A stretch of DNA of 64,000 nucleotides from Felis catus (taxonomy: Eukaryota): positions 43,154,001 through 43,218,000 of the forward strand of contig NC_058368.1 of assembly GCF_018350175.1 (NCBI RefSeq), in the 5' to 3' direction. Numbering within the stretch: position 1 is the stretch's first letter; each line of letters opens with the position of its first letter. The position numbers and the translations under genes were made by a program. Below, one piece after another: positions 26,901-40,375 of the stretch. The notes beneath the pieces were generated by a model, which was given only the letters and a program-made list of their open reading frames with translations, did no database searches and was not told the origin of the DNA.

Positions 26901-28005
26901 ACTCCAAATCAAACTAGCAAAGGAATACCAAAGATAGTGTGTGTAAATATATATATGTGTGTATATATATGTATACACAGTTCCTACTAAGAGCATTTAT
27001 GATTGCCCTGAATATTTAGGAAAATCCACTGATATGTGTCATTGTTACATGCAATTTAGATTAATTTTCTGATTAAATAATTATAAAACCAAAAATTTGA
27101 TTGAAAACTCATAGAGTTAGTTCTTTCTTTGATAAGGATGAATAAATAGTTTGACACAAACCTCACTCAGAGAACTATTACTCAACAGTAATAATCTTCC
27201 TGAGTAATTGAAGACACTGCAGAGTTAAGAGGAAATCAAAGAACTACCAGACAAAAATGCTAGAAAGGAGCAAAACCAGAGAGATGAGCCTCGCAATAGA
27301 GACTGCTTTTCTCCTGAAGGAATTTAATTCTGGAGGTGGTGGCTGGAAGTCAGGAGGTGGAGTGAAGCTTTCCTAACATCGGCATATTCTTTTCTGAACT
27401 TTCTCTAGAGTGATGTTTTCTAAAATGTCAGGGTAGGAAGTTCTAGGGGTCAGTTCCTCCACCAAAGGAACCAATGAGCTGGGAAGAGAGACTGGAATCA
27501 AATAACTCAAAACTCTGGTACTTAGGTGGACACTTATAACAATTAGGAAAGTTTGGATGCATGGAGAGATTGCTACTCTAAGGAAAGACAGTGGTATCCA
27601 TGAACAAGTCACCATATCTATTCTTCAGGCCTGTAAAAGCTGGCAGCTGGGAGTACCTCAACTCTGGGAGCAGGTGGCTGGTAGAAGGGCAGGTAGAAGG
27701 GCCCTTGTTGTACGAAAATTTGGAGTTGTGTACTTGTTAGTACAGCAGTACCCTGAGGGACTGGTATAGAAGTTTGCCTTGGTTTCAACTCTCTGGCCAC
27801 AGTAGCTTGACCCAGAGACATCTCACAAAAAAAGGTTAAAGAGCCAGCGTATTTTTTTCCCTTTTTTGACCCAAACATTTAAGGAAATCTTAGTTTAGTC
27901 ACTGGCAGACCACAAAGATAACAGAACAGAAGCTTCAGTGACTTCACACAACAAATCAGAACCACTGCAAAAACAGTTTGGGAAAGTCAAGAATAGATAG
28001 CTCCA

Positions 28006-28355
28006 GGGGTGTCTGGGTGGCTTAGTCGTTTAACTGTTTGACTCTTAATCTCAGCATCTCAGCTTATATCTTTTTTTTATAATTTATTTGTTTTTGAGAA
28101 ACAGAGAGAGCAAGTGGGGGAGGAGCAGAGAGAGAGGGAGAGAGAGAATCCCAAGCAGGTTTTGTACTGTCAGCACGGAGCCTGATATGGGGCTCAAACT
28201 CACAAATCCTGAGATCAAGACCTAAGCTGAGAGGTGACTGTGGCTCAGTTGTCTAAGCATATGACTCTTGGTTCAAGAGTTCAAGCCCTATGTTGGGCTC
28301 TGTGCTGGGCATGAAACTTTATTTTAAAAACAAAACAAGACAAAACAAAACAACA
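28006..28355. mobile_element. Composite SINEC: sense head, inverted body, then a second sense SINE piece with tail
   Basis: All parts lie between TSD copies aatagatagctcca (27992-28005) and aacagatagctcca (28356-28369). Confidence 0.85.
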
Positions 28356-28475
28356 AACAGATAGCTCCAGACTTCAGCAAATTGAAATAAAATATCTCTG
28401 AGGAGTTAGAGAATAAGATTTCCAGAGTTACTACATTATAATACTCTGGATGTTCACTTCTCAATAACAAATAAT

Positions 28476-28483
28476 ATGTGTGT

Positions 28484-28523
<40 letters not shown>
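28476..28523. repeat. (TG)n microsatellite
   Basis: Direct reading. Confidence 0.95.
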
Positions 28524-28525
<2 letters not shown>

Positions 28526-30163
28526 CTATATACCTATATTTATAGACAGATATAAATATAGGTATAGATATAGATATAGATATAGATGATATAACAAGGA
28601 AATTGGAAAATATGGCCCACTCATGGGGAAAAAAATGACAAAAGCTATGTCTGAGGAAATCCAGGCATTTGAAATAATAGTCAAAGACATTAAAACAACT
28701 ATCTTAAATATGTTCAATGAGCTAAAGGATATCACAGACAAAAAACTAAAGGAAATCAGGAAAATGATATATAAAAAAATGAAATATAAATGAACAGATA
28801 TAAATTATAAAAAGGAGCCAAACAGAAATTTTGGAGCCACAAACCACAATAACTAAAAAAATTTTTTTCACAAGAGGGTTCAATAGCAGATCTGAGCAAG
28901 TATATGAAAACATCAGTAATTCAAATGATCGAGTCTGAAGCCTTGAAAGAAAAAAGAAAGAGTTTAAGAGAATTATGACACAAGTACGTATACCGGTATA
29001 AGTTTCATAAGAGTCCTAGGAGAAGAGAAAGAAAAGGACAGTAAAAACATTTGAAGAAATAATGACTGAAAATTCCCCAAATCTGATGAAAGATGCGAAT
29101 ACATATACTCAAGAAACCCAAAGCAACAACAACTCCAAGAAGTATGAACCCACAGAAATGCACATTGAAAAAAATAGGCAGAGAGTTAAAACCCAAAGGC
29201 AGAGAGAATTTTGAAAGCAGTAAGAAAGAAATGATTCATCAAATAGAAAAGAGTGATCAGTAATCAACTACCTCCTGACAAATAAGACCCATGGACCAGG
29301 TTACTTCACTGATGAATTCTACAAAACACTTAATGAAGAATTAGTTATTCTGCCCATGCTCTGCTAAATAATTGAAAAGAAGGGAACACTTAACTCATTC
29401 TATGATGCCAGAACCACTTTGATATAAAAGCCAGACAAAATCCAAAACCTCTTCATGATAAAAATACTCAATAAGTAGGACTGGAAGGGAAGTTATTCAA
29501 TGTGTTGAAGGCCATATATTAAAAATCCACAGCTAATATCACATAAATAGTATAAGACTAATAGCATTCCCCTAAGATCAGGAACAAGATAAGGATACCC
29601 ACTAATGCCACTTTCATTTAACATAGTACTCAAAGTTCTAGTCAAAGCAGTTAGGAAAGAAAAATACACAAAAGACATACATCCAAACTGAAAAAGAAGA
29701 AGTAAAATTTTCTCTGTATATAGATGACATAACCTTATATATAGATAATTCTAAAGTATTCAAAAAATAAAACCCTTAGAACTGAGAAACTAATCAACAA
29801 AGTTTCAAAATACAAATTTAACACTCAAAAATCAGTTCTTCTTGTGTATACCAGCAATGAACAATTCAAAAAGATAATTAATAAAACTGCCTTTCCAGTA
29901 TCATTTAAAATAATAAAACATTTAGAAATAAAATTAACCAAAGAAGCAAAGGACCTCTACATTTAAAAGTATAAAATATTCCTGAAAAATTTAGAGAAGA
30001 CACAAATGAATGGAAAGAAAACCCATATTTGTGGATTGGAAGACTTAATATTGTTAAGATCTCAATACTTCACATAGTGATCTACAAATTCAATGCAATA
30101 TCTATCAAAATGTCAATGACAACTTTTTGCAAAAATAGACAAATTTATGCAAAAATTCATATG

Positions 30164-30338
30164 CAGTTTAGTCAGTTCAGGCTGTTATACCAGAATACCA
30201 TATATTAGGTGACTTTAGCAACAAACATCTATTTCTGACATCCTAGAAACTGAAAGTCAGAGATTAGGGTGCTGGCATGGTCAAATTCTTGGTGAGGACC
30301 CTCTTCCTGGTTATGTCCTGATACCACTCCTTGGGTGC

Positions 30339-30376
<38 letters not shown>

Positions 30377-30552
30377 TCTCACATCTCTTTTTGTTTTTAT
30401 AAGATCATTAATACCATCATGAGGATCCCATCCTTATGATGTGTAATAACACTAATTACCTTCTGAAGACCCCACCTCCAATTGCCATCTTACTGGGGAT
30501 TAGGTTTTCAACATACACATTTTGAGAGGATGCAAACATTCAGTCCATAGCA
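30164..30552 (-). mobile_element. Solo MaLR LTR (MLT1A-like) with internal (GA)n, inserted in L1 ORF2
   Basis: ttagtcagttcaggctgttatacc...aaacattcagtccatagca; TSD ATATG at 30159-30163 and 30553-30557; L1 continues on both sides. Confidence 0.88.
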
Positions 30553-31419
30553 ATATGAAACTCAAGGGACTAGAGATAGCAAACAAAACAGAAGAAAAAA
30601 CCTACAGAAACAAAAACTTGAAAAGGATAAACAAAGTTGAAAGACTTATATTTCCCTGATTTCAAAACTAACTACAAAGCTATAGTAATCAAAATAAGTG
30701 GTAGTAGCATATACACCAATGGTATAGAATAGAAACCAGAGAAATAAACCCTTACCTACATAGTCAGTTGATTGTCAACAAAGATGCAAGACCAAATAAT
30801 AGTGAAAAGACAGTCTTTTCAACAAATGATTCTGGCAAAACTGCATGTCCACATGCAAAAATAAATAAATAAATAAAATAAAGTTGGACCCTCATTTTAC
30901 AAAAAAGAATGAAGTTGGACCCTTACACCATATACACAAAACAACTCAGAATGGATTAAATAGCTAAATTTCATAAAACTCTTAGAAGAAAAGAAGAGAG
31001 ATTTTTCATAATCTTGGATTTGGCAGTGATTTCTAAAATATGACATCAAAATCACAGGTGATAAAAGAAAGGATAAACTGAACTTTATCAAAATTAAAAA
31101 CATTTGTGCACCAAAGGACACTATGAAAAAAAGTAAAAAAAAAGACAACCCACATAATGGGAGAAAATATCTCAAAACCATATATCTGATAAATGATTGA
31201 TATACATACTATATAAAGAACTTTCACAATTCAACAACACCAAAAAACCCAACTCAAAAATGGGCAAAAGTCTTGAATAGACACTTGTCCAAATAAGATA
31301 TATAAATGACCAATAAGCATAGGAAAAGATGTCAAACATTATGAGTTATTAGGGAAAGGCACATCAAAACTGCAATGACCTAGCACTTCACATCCATTAG
31401 AATGGTTATTATTTGAAAC

Positions 31420-31594
31420 GAAGGAAGGAAGGAAGAAAGGAAGGAAGGAAGGAAGGAAGGAAGGAAGGAAGGGAAGGGAAGGGAAGGGAAGGGAAGGGAA
31501 GGGAAGGGAAGGGAAGCGAAAGGAAAGGAAAGGAGAGGAGAGGAAAGGAAAGGAAAGGAAAGGAAAGGAAAGGAAAGGAAAGGAAAGAAAGGAG
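31420..31594. repeat. Polypurine compound repeat (GGAA)n(GGGAA)n(GGAAA)n
   Basis: About 175 nt of purines with a single C. Confidence 0.97.
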
Positions 31595-32194
31595 TGTTGG
31601 AGAGCTGCTGTGGAAAATAGTTTGGTAAGTCCTCCACAAAGTTAAACATAGAAATACCATATTACCCAGCAATTTCACTCTTAGTTATATACCTCAAAGA
31701 ACTGAAAATGGGGACTCAGATATTTGTACACCAATGCTCATAGCAGAGTTATTCATAATAACCAGAATGTGGAAACAACCCAACTATCCATCAACAGATA
31801 AACAGATAAACATTGGTATATCATTCAGCCATAAAAACAATGAATATCTAATATAATCAGATCTTCAACAGATGAACCTCACGAACATGATTTGTGAAAA
31901 AGGACAAATATTATGTATTTCCACTTACAATCAAGTATCTAAAATGGGCAAATTCATAAAGACAGAAAAAAGAATTGAGTTTAACAGGGGCTTGGGATAG
32001 AATAATTAATTGTAAAGTATTGCTTAGTGGTTATAGAGTTTCTGTTTTGGATGATAAAACATTTTGGAAATAGTGGTGATGACTACACAAAGTTGTGAAT
32101 ATACTTAATGCTTTGAATTGTAAATTTAAAAATGGTGTACATGGTAAACTTCATTTCATGTATATTTTATCACATTAAAAGAATAAGTAAGAAC

Positions 32195-32555
32195 CATGCT
32201 CTGGCTATTTCTTCTATTTGGATTATTCTCTTCCCAATATATACCTGGCTAACTCTGTTACCTCCTTCACATTTCTGTTGAAACTATTTTTCACTGAAGC
32301 CTACCCTAACCACTCTATGTTTAATTTAAAACTCCAACATAACCACTCCTTTTACTTCCTTATACTCCTTTTCCTATTCTTCCTCCTTTTATAGTACTTG
32401 TTTTTTAATATACATTTTTATCTCATTTTATCTTCACTGTTGTGTTTGTTAATCCCACTAGAAATTCAATTTCCTCAAATTATCTTTGTTTTATTCAAAT
32501 ACAAACAACAATACCTATCACATAGATCATAATAAATACTTGAATGAATGAATGA
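32195..32555 (+). mobile_element. L2 3' end
   Basis: ctggctaactctgttacctccttca...ataaatacttgaatgaatgaatga. Confidence 0.75.
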
Positions 32556-34879
32556 CTTAAGTATTACACTGAATAGCACACTTCAGAGGAAGTATATAAA
32601 TGATGGGTTTCATTTGGAAATCAAACATGATTGATTAATCAAACTAGGATAACATGATAACATGTTGGGGTTTTGTGATTATTCATAGTGAACTAAGACA
32701 TTTTTCATACTTAACTATTGTTAGGCATTGCTTTTGTTACCATTAATTGGCTGAATAATATAATAAGTCTTGAAGTATATACTGTGGTTTCATTTACTGG
32801 GGGCACCCTGGGAAATGTGTAGCATGTGAACATATTAAAATGAGGACATTTTATTCTTCACTGTTTTTCTTGTCCTGTATTGTCTGACAGCCCTGCCACA
32901 TAAGTTGAATGTGGAAACACAAACATTTATCTAATTACCTATAGAGCAATCACACTTCTTCCACATATTCATTGATTTTGGGGAAATGTCTTTTGATGTA
33001 TCATAGAAGAACGACATTGTATCAAGGCTAACCTTAAGAAAAGAGACTTGTTAACTGAATCAAAATTAGCCTCTGTGGGTGTTGAATTGAAATCAAATTT
33101 CTGTTAAACAGAGCCCCAAGAAATCAATTGTAACCAGCAGTTAATGACCAGTTTGCTAACAGCTTGAGGCAAGGCCAAGGGCAGTTAACACTCCAACAAA
33201 TTAGTTGTTAACTGGGCTAATGACCGATTTTGCAGGGATTATTGCTATTATAAACAGTCATCAATCTAGCTTTACCATTGAGTTTGTAGCCAAAAAATAT
33301 TTTTATGCCCCAGTTTGATACTCTGAATTCTAGTTATTATGAAAATCTAAAATCATATAATGTTAGATTTCCTGCTTTGACAGGACTAAAAGTAATAACA
33401 CCTCCTTTTCATTTCCTTATTTATAGTCAACTAGATGACTACATAAATTTCTGATAGCTGATAAGAATCATTAGGAAAATATAATAGGCATAAGTAAATG
33501 TTTTCCAATTTTGAGTGTCCATTTGTCATCAATTTGTTAAAACATGTATATCAAGATCATCAGGCACCATAAAAACAATGTTAATTTACTATTTGTATCA
33601 AATTTTCCAATAAAAAATAGAAAGAATAAAATAACCAGATTTATATAGGAACAAACTAAACTTTGGGAAACTAAGTCCTAAAGTATTTTAAGAACAAAAA
33701 AAAAAGCTTTCCAAAGCTTTTGGAAATAAATATTAATCTTAAATTGTAAATGTTATTTTAAACTAAATTCCTTATTTACTTAGCAATAAAAGTAAATGAA
33801 ATTATCTTTATATTCTGATTTTAAAAACAAAAATATAATATTAGACTGATCTCTCATTTTGTTTTATATTATTTTGAAATGTTTGATATTAATCAGCTTT
33901 AATCAATTGCCTATATCTCTGTTTTTTGTAATATACATTTTTACCATATGGTTGAATAATGTGGTTAAATATTTGTCATGCTTTTAATTGTGAATTTCAT
34001 TTTAAGTGCAGTTACAGAAATGTCATCATTTAAATGTTTCAACATAGCTTCCTTTAAATATTTCACAAGTGGAGATACATCTACTTGAAATACTAATATG
34101 TTTTTATTGTTATAAATATATTTTTAATTAGTGGGCTATAATAAAAAAAGTTATTACTGGTTTTACTACACTCTCCATAGCAAAGTCTCTGTAGTAAAGT
34201 TGCATTTCAAATTAAGTCATTATTTGAAAAATTAAAATGCACATTAATTTGTTTTTCTTATACTACAGTGAAAAAAAAACTATGGTTACCTTTGTATCAT
34301 ATACCTCCATTTTAAAAGATATTTTCTATTGAACATAAAAACATATTCTAAATTGGTTATATAAAGTTAATGCCTAGAGGTAATTGTAATATTAAAAAAA
34401 CATAATTTTAAAAAGTCATATTGAAGACCCACATAATTAAAGATAACTATAGAGAGTATTTGAGCAATTATCTTACTCTAATTTTTATATGGGCATAAGA
34501 AATAAGGAAAATAATGTTCATCTTGAATGAATCTATTTGATTGCTTTTAAATCTCCTTGAATCTTCTCTGTAATAAAGTTAAAACAAAATCTGAAAAATC
34601 ATTTGAAAGGTTTTTTACAAAATTTCCATTTATTTCAACATTGTCTCTGGGTTAGGTATTTTTTAATATTTCAAGCAATCCTTGTGACCTTTAAACTGAT
34701 TGAAAGCATATAATTATTGCCCTAACCTCTTAATTTAGTAAGCTTCAACAAATTTCTAACTACTTCAATTTAGAATTATTTTCAATTAAGCTTATAATCT
34801 TTGAAAAGAGGAACTTTATTTTTATTCATATTATATCCTTAATGAAAAAATAGCCTAAATTATTTACACATGATCGGTT

Positions 34880-35433
34880 TTCTTCATGGATTATTGAGAT
34901 ATAATTGGCCTACAATATTGTGTAAGATTAAGGTGTACAATGTGATGATTTGATAAATGTATATATCCGGAAAGTTTACCACAATTAAGTTAGTTAACAC
35001 ATTCTTCATCTCACATAATTACCATTTTTTTGTTGTTATGTTGTTATGGTGAGAACATTGAACAATCAAATATACAATATTTCACAGGAACAATCAAATA
35101 TACAATACAGTATTGTTAACTATAGTCACCATCTTGTATATCAGATTCCTAGCATTTATGCATCTTATAATGGAAAGTTTGTATCTTTGATAATACAATA
35201 TTTACTTTTTCTTTTTTCTTTTCATTTAGCATACTGCTCTCAAGTTTAATCCACATCAAAAATGGCAAAAATGTCTTTTTATGCCTGAATAATATTTCAT
35301 CATATAAATATATACCAAGTTTTCTTTATCCATTCACTTATAGATGGATATTTAGATTGTTTCCAGTTCTTGGCTATTGTGAATATTGCTGCAAGGAACA
35401 TGGGAGTACACATATCTCTTCAAAATAGTGATT
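34880..35433 (-). mobile_element. L1 3' end (L1MA9-like)
   Basis: attgagatataattg...taaggtgtacaatgtgatgatttga...ttggctattgtgaatattgctgcaaggaacatgggag. Confidence 0.85.
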
Positions 35434-35434
35434 C

Positions 35435-37978
35435 AGGCAAAGTAGGAAGACTCTAGGTTTTCTTTATCCCATGAATATAATGAGGTAACTATCAAATCAT
35501 CCCTAATACTCAGAAGTCAAGATGAAGACTGAAAGAACAAACTCTATAACTAAAGGTAGAGAAGAGGCAGCATCAGAGAAGGTAAGAAGTACAGAAATGT
35601 GGTTTGTAAAAGAAATAGGTAGTGGCCACTGCAGGAAGGAGCTGCTGTCATGGAGAAGGGTGAGAGACAGATGAGCACAAAGGGAAAAATGAACTCTGTT
35701 ACCAATTGGCTTGGAAAGATAGAGGACCTGCATTTCAAGAGTTCTTGCAACCAGCAGGGCTTCAAGTCTAGAGTTAAAGGGTCAGTGTGCTTGCTTCTAG
35801 AAGAGCTCAGAGGACATTGGGACTGCTCTTAAAAAGCAGGGCAAACACCCTACAGGCATATAGCCTGGAAGAAGCAATCTAAAGAGTGCCTGAAACACAC
35901 AGTAGGGAGGTTAGTTGCTCATCCTAGAGCACATGTCAGAGAAGAAATATTCTCAGAAAGACCCCTCAGGGTACAAAGGAACTGGCCAGCACCATTTTCC
36001 TCCTCCATCCCTCAGTATAAACACAAAGACACCTGTGGAAACCAGACAGTGCTCAAAATTCACTACCAAACCTGCTTACACCAAGCCCTGCCACCCCACA
36101 TTCCAGATAAACTGTCATTCCCAGTTATACTTGCCTTAGCCTCAGCATAGCAGGACCTTTCCCCAGATTACCATCCCAAACCCCTGCCAACACTGTGTCT
36201 TTCAACCCATAAATTTTGCAAGACCTCGGTTCCAATGGTGGCTGTGACAGGTCTCATTTCACAAGCAGACCAGAGCACACCTAGTTAAAACTCATCACAT
36301 TCAGGCCAGGGGCCAAATACTGCCCACAACAGGAAAAGAGAGCCTCTGCAGACCACTAGCCTGAGCAGTAAAGAAACAAGGACACAACAGCAAAGCAATT
36401 GCAGCACACCCAGACACATTATTGGAAGCTCCAGGCCCTGTGGAATGGGAGACACTACGTGGCACACCACTACAGGACCTATTCTTTATAAAGTCATTAC
36501 CCTGAAAAACAGGACATGTAATGACTTTCCTAACACAGAAACAGGTAAAGAAACTCAAATACAATGAGAATACAGAGGAATTTATCCCAAATGAAAGAAT
36601 AGGACAAAGCCATGGCCAGAGATCTAAACAAAACAGATAAAAGTAACATGTCTCATGGAGAATTTAAAGCAGTGATCATAAGGACACTCAATTGATTTGA
36701 GAAAAGAGTGGAGAACATCTGTGCAACCATTAACACAGATATAAGGAATAACATAGCAGAGATGAAGGACTTTTGGGGCGCCTGGGTGGCTCAGTCGGTT
36801 AAGTGGCCGACCTTGGCTCAGGTCATGATCTCACGGTCTGTGAGTTCAAGCCCCGCGTCGGGCTCTGTGCTAACAGCTCAGAGCCTGGAGCCTGTTTCAG
36901 ATTCTGTTTCTCCCTCTCTCTGACCCTCCCCTGTTCATGCTCTGTCTCTCTCTGTCTCAGAAATAAATAAACGTTAAAAAAATAAAAAAGAAAGAGATGA
37001 AGGACTCTGTAAACTAAATGAGAAACACTCTCGATGGAATGAATAGAAGGATGGGAGAATCAAAGGAACAAATTAATAACCTAGAAGACAGAGTAATGGA
37101 AAATAATCAAGCTGAACAAAGAGAGAAAAAGAATTATGCAAAACGAGAATAGACTTGGGGAGCTCAATGATTCGATCAAATGTAATTACCATTCATATTA
37201 TACGACTCCAAGAATAAGAAGAGACAAAAGGGAAAAGAGGAAATAATAGCTGGAAACTTTAATCTGGGGAAAGAAACAGGTATCTAGATCCAGGAGATGC
37301 AGAGAACTCCCAACAAAATCACCAAAAAAAGATCCACACCAAGGCATAATGCAATTTAAATGGCAAATAAGTTAATAAAGAAAAAAATGGTAAAATATAG
37401 TGATAAGGAAAAATATTAAAAGCGGGAAAACAAAAGAAGAATTACATACAAAGGAAATCCCATAAGGCTATAGGCAGATTTTTCAGTAGAAACCTTCCAA
37501 GCCAGAAAGGAGTGGCTTGATATATTAAAAGTGCTGGAAGGGAAAAACCTACAGCCAAGAATAGTCTATCCAGCAAGGCTATCATTTAGAATAGAAGGAG
37601 AGATAAAGAATTTCCCAGAGAAACAAAAACTAAAGAAGTCCATGACCATTAAATCAGCCCTATAAGAAATATTAAAGGAGAAATTTTAGGTGGAAAGGAA
37701 AGACAAAAAATGACAGTATGAAGGTAGGAAACACAAAGGCAGTAAAAATAAATATTTTCCTATAAAAAATCAATCAAGGTATTCATTAAATAAAAGGATG
37801 TAAAATATGACACCATATACCTAAAATATGGATAGAAGAGAAGTAAAGAATGGGTTCAAATTCAAACATCCATCAACTTAATATAGAATTGTATATGGAG
37901 AAATTGTTATTGTGATGGTAACCACAAATCACAAACCACTAATAAATATGCAAAGAATAAAAAGAAATAAATCCAAAT
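35435..37978 (+). mobile_element. Carnivore L1: 5' UTR, ORF1 remnant and spacer, without ORF2 or 3' end
   Basis: GC-richer 5' UTR; ORF1 from ~36564 (aatttaaagcagtgatcataagg; ctatccagcaaggctatcattt); stops before ORF2. Confidence 0.85.
36775..36992 (+). mobile_element. SINEC_Fc inside L1 ORF1
   Basis: CpG-containing head; TSD agagatgaaggact. Confidence 0.96.
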
Positions 37979-38023
37979 CTCTTGGGGATATATTTTAAAA
38001 TATATATTAATATTAGTTTGTGC

Positions 38024-38239
38024 GGGGTGCCTGGGTGACTCAGTTAGTTAAACATCTGACTTTGGCTCAGGTCATGATCTCGCAGTTTGTGTGTTTGAGC
38101 CCTGCATCGGGCTCTGTGCTGACAACTCAGAGCCTGGAGCTTGTTTCAGATTCTGTCTCTCTGTCTCTCTCTGTCTCTCCCTGCCCCTCCCCCACTCACA
38201 CTTTTGTCTCTCTCAAAAATAAACATTAAAAAAACTAAA
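38024..38239 (+). mobile_element. SINEC
   Basis: Head, body, tail; TSD aatattagtttgtgc / aatactagtttgtac. Confidence 0.95.
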
Positions 38240-39329
38240 AATACTAGTTTGTACAAATAAATATGTACACTGTGATATTATATGACACAATTTTCTTATA
38301 GCCTTGTTGATTTGTACTCCATTTTTTCTGCACATCCTTAATAAAGTATGAATACAAGTATTCTTGATCACTTATACTTCTTGTCTATACTTATGATATT
38401 GGAAAATTGTATACAGCATTATGAGAAGCAAGAGTTAGTATTAACCAGTATCTATTTCTTTTTCAATACAACCTCTTGATGTTGGCTGGGTTTGTCCCAA
38501 AATGTATGTGTCTAAACATAATTTAATTTTGGCCTAACTGATTTTATCTCTGTCCCGAAGGCAGGCGCCTATGTAGGTCATGCAACAAGTGGTTAATGCT
38601 GATAAATACCACTTACCAAAATCCTTCATAAATTCTCATTATTCACGATGTATAAAACCCCAAAAAATAAAATTACAAGAACACTTCTGGGCTACACACT
38701 CCCTCCTTAACTTTATCATTACCTCTCCTTCAATACCTTCCTCTAAATCTTTCTTTTTATTTCCTATTTCCCTCCTAAGTATATTACCTCTTTATGGTAT
38801 ACTTTTAATATTTTCTACTGCAAAGTTTTACGTACATTTAGTTAATAGCAGAATGGCAGTTATTTCATTTCTTATCTCTTTCTAATGAAATTATGTCATG
38901 ATTATATTTACTTATTCGCTTTTAGAAGACACTCAGTGGACTTAATTTAGATATAACTGTGCTCCATAGCCTTCTATAGGAAGCCAAAGTCCTAAAAATG
39001 TATATATGTAAAAACTCTTGTAGCTTTTCAGGAACTGCTGAGAACACAGAAGTATCAATAATAAATTCATCATATCTGGAGAATACACACTGTGTTACAA
39101 CATTATTGTCTTCCTTTTATATAAAAATGTTAAAGGAATTTGTTCTGTTAACTCTTTCATATAAACTTTCATAACCACAGTTTGGCATACATATGGAATG
39201 AAATTTAGGGCTTTTAATCAAATGTAGCATGTTTACATATTTAGACTAGTCATTTTGTTAGTTGTTCTTGTCTTAAAGATACCTATGAAACGTCACTGAG
39301 AAGACAAATCTCCACTTCAACTGTTTGGA

Positions 39330-39530
39330 AAATAATAATTGTCATAATAATACCAGCTTCTTTGTTGAGTGCTTACCCTGTTCAAGTCAACTTTACCTGC
39401 ATTATCTCATACACACATGGACTGTAGTGCTGTGACATCCCATTAGCAGAGAATTCTGTAAGACTCAAAATGTGTGGAAATTCAGTGAGACTCAACGCCA
39501 GTATAGGGTCAAGAGAGACTATGCTTTTCA
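39330..39530 (-). mobile_element. MIR fragment
   Basis: ttgagtgcttacc...tttacctgcattatctcat. Confidence 0.5.
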
Positions 39531-39859
39531 TTTATATTATAACTTGCTTCAACCACAGAAAGTAATGGCATTCTAACTAACATGAACCATCAAGAAACCC
39601 TATCATATCGTTTCTTACCTATGTTACTTCCCATATTAGCTAACTACTTATCCAGAAAATAAAGACATAGAACGAAAAAGAAAAATAAAGTATGCCATGA
39701 TTCCTTTTTTTTTCAATCCTTCCTTAATCTTCAGTAAGTTTGGAGAGTTGATAGACCATACACAGATCATGAAGAACATGAGAACAGTTCGGTAAATTTA
39801 GTGTAGCATTTCCACTATATGTATATATGAGTTTTAACATACAGATAATATATTTTTGG

Positions 39860-40134
39860 TGATTCTGAATATAAATTAAGTGCTCTTATATTTCCCTGTT
39901 AAAATCACATTGCACAATATAAAGATAAATAGGTAATTCATGCCATTTTTTTAAATTTAGAAAAATATTAAATCACAAATTAAAAACACTGTGACAAATC
40001 AAGGAAAAGACCACAGGAAAAAAAAAAGAGTTTTATATTTTAATATCTTTAGAGACGCTTTTTTCCTGTTTTTTGAACAAGGTAACCACATTTTCAATTT
40101 GCTTTGTGCCCTGCAAATTATGTAGTTGACCCTG
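39860..40134 (+). mobile_element. hAT-Tip100 DNA transposon relic (MER45-like 3' end)
   Basis: ttttgaacaagg...ttttcaatttgc...ccctgcaaattatgtagttgaccctg terminus. Confidence 0.6.
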
Positions 40135-40139
40135 AAAGG

Positions 40140-40375
40140 CAGTGTACTCTCACAAATGGAGTTTGATTTTAGAAACATTTAGCCTTAGGTTTGATTTATA
40201 GCTTATCCTTATGGCTGTGGGTATATGGATAAGTTACTGAATCTAAATTACTGAGTTACATTTTATTATTCTTGAAGTAAATACAATAGCATTTTCTTCT
40301 AAGAGTCTTTGTAATGATAGAGTAAGATGAGTATCTCCCCTAACACGGTACAGAATAGGTGTTTATTAACTGATA
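40140..40375 (+). mobile_element. MIR
   Basis: ggctgtgggtatatggataagttactgaatct... degenerate MIR core and tail. Confidence 0.55.

Larger units (their letters stand above)
27150..32180 (+). mobile_element. Ancient L1 (L1MB-like): 5' region, ORF1 remnant, internally deleted ORF2 and 3' UTR
   Basis: ORF1 motifs at 28600-29250; ORF2 RT region (tagatgacataacc ~29720); 3' UTR ending tatattttatcacattaaaa. Confidence 0.8.

Noticed and set aside
31380..31678. Repetitive ORFs (FPSLP / GKGRE)
   Set aside because: Translation of the polypurine microsatellite.
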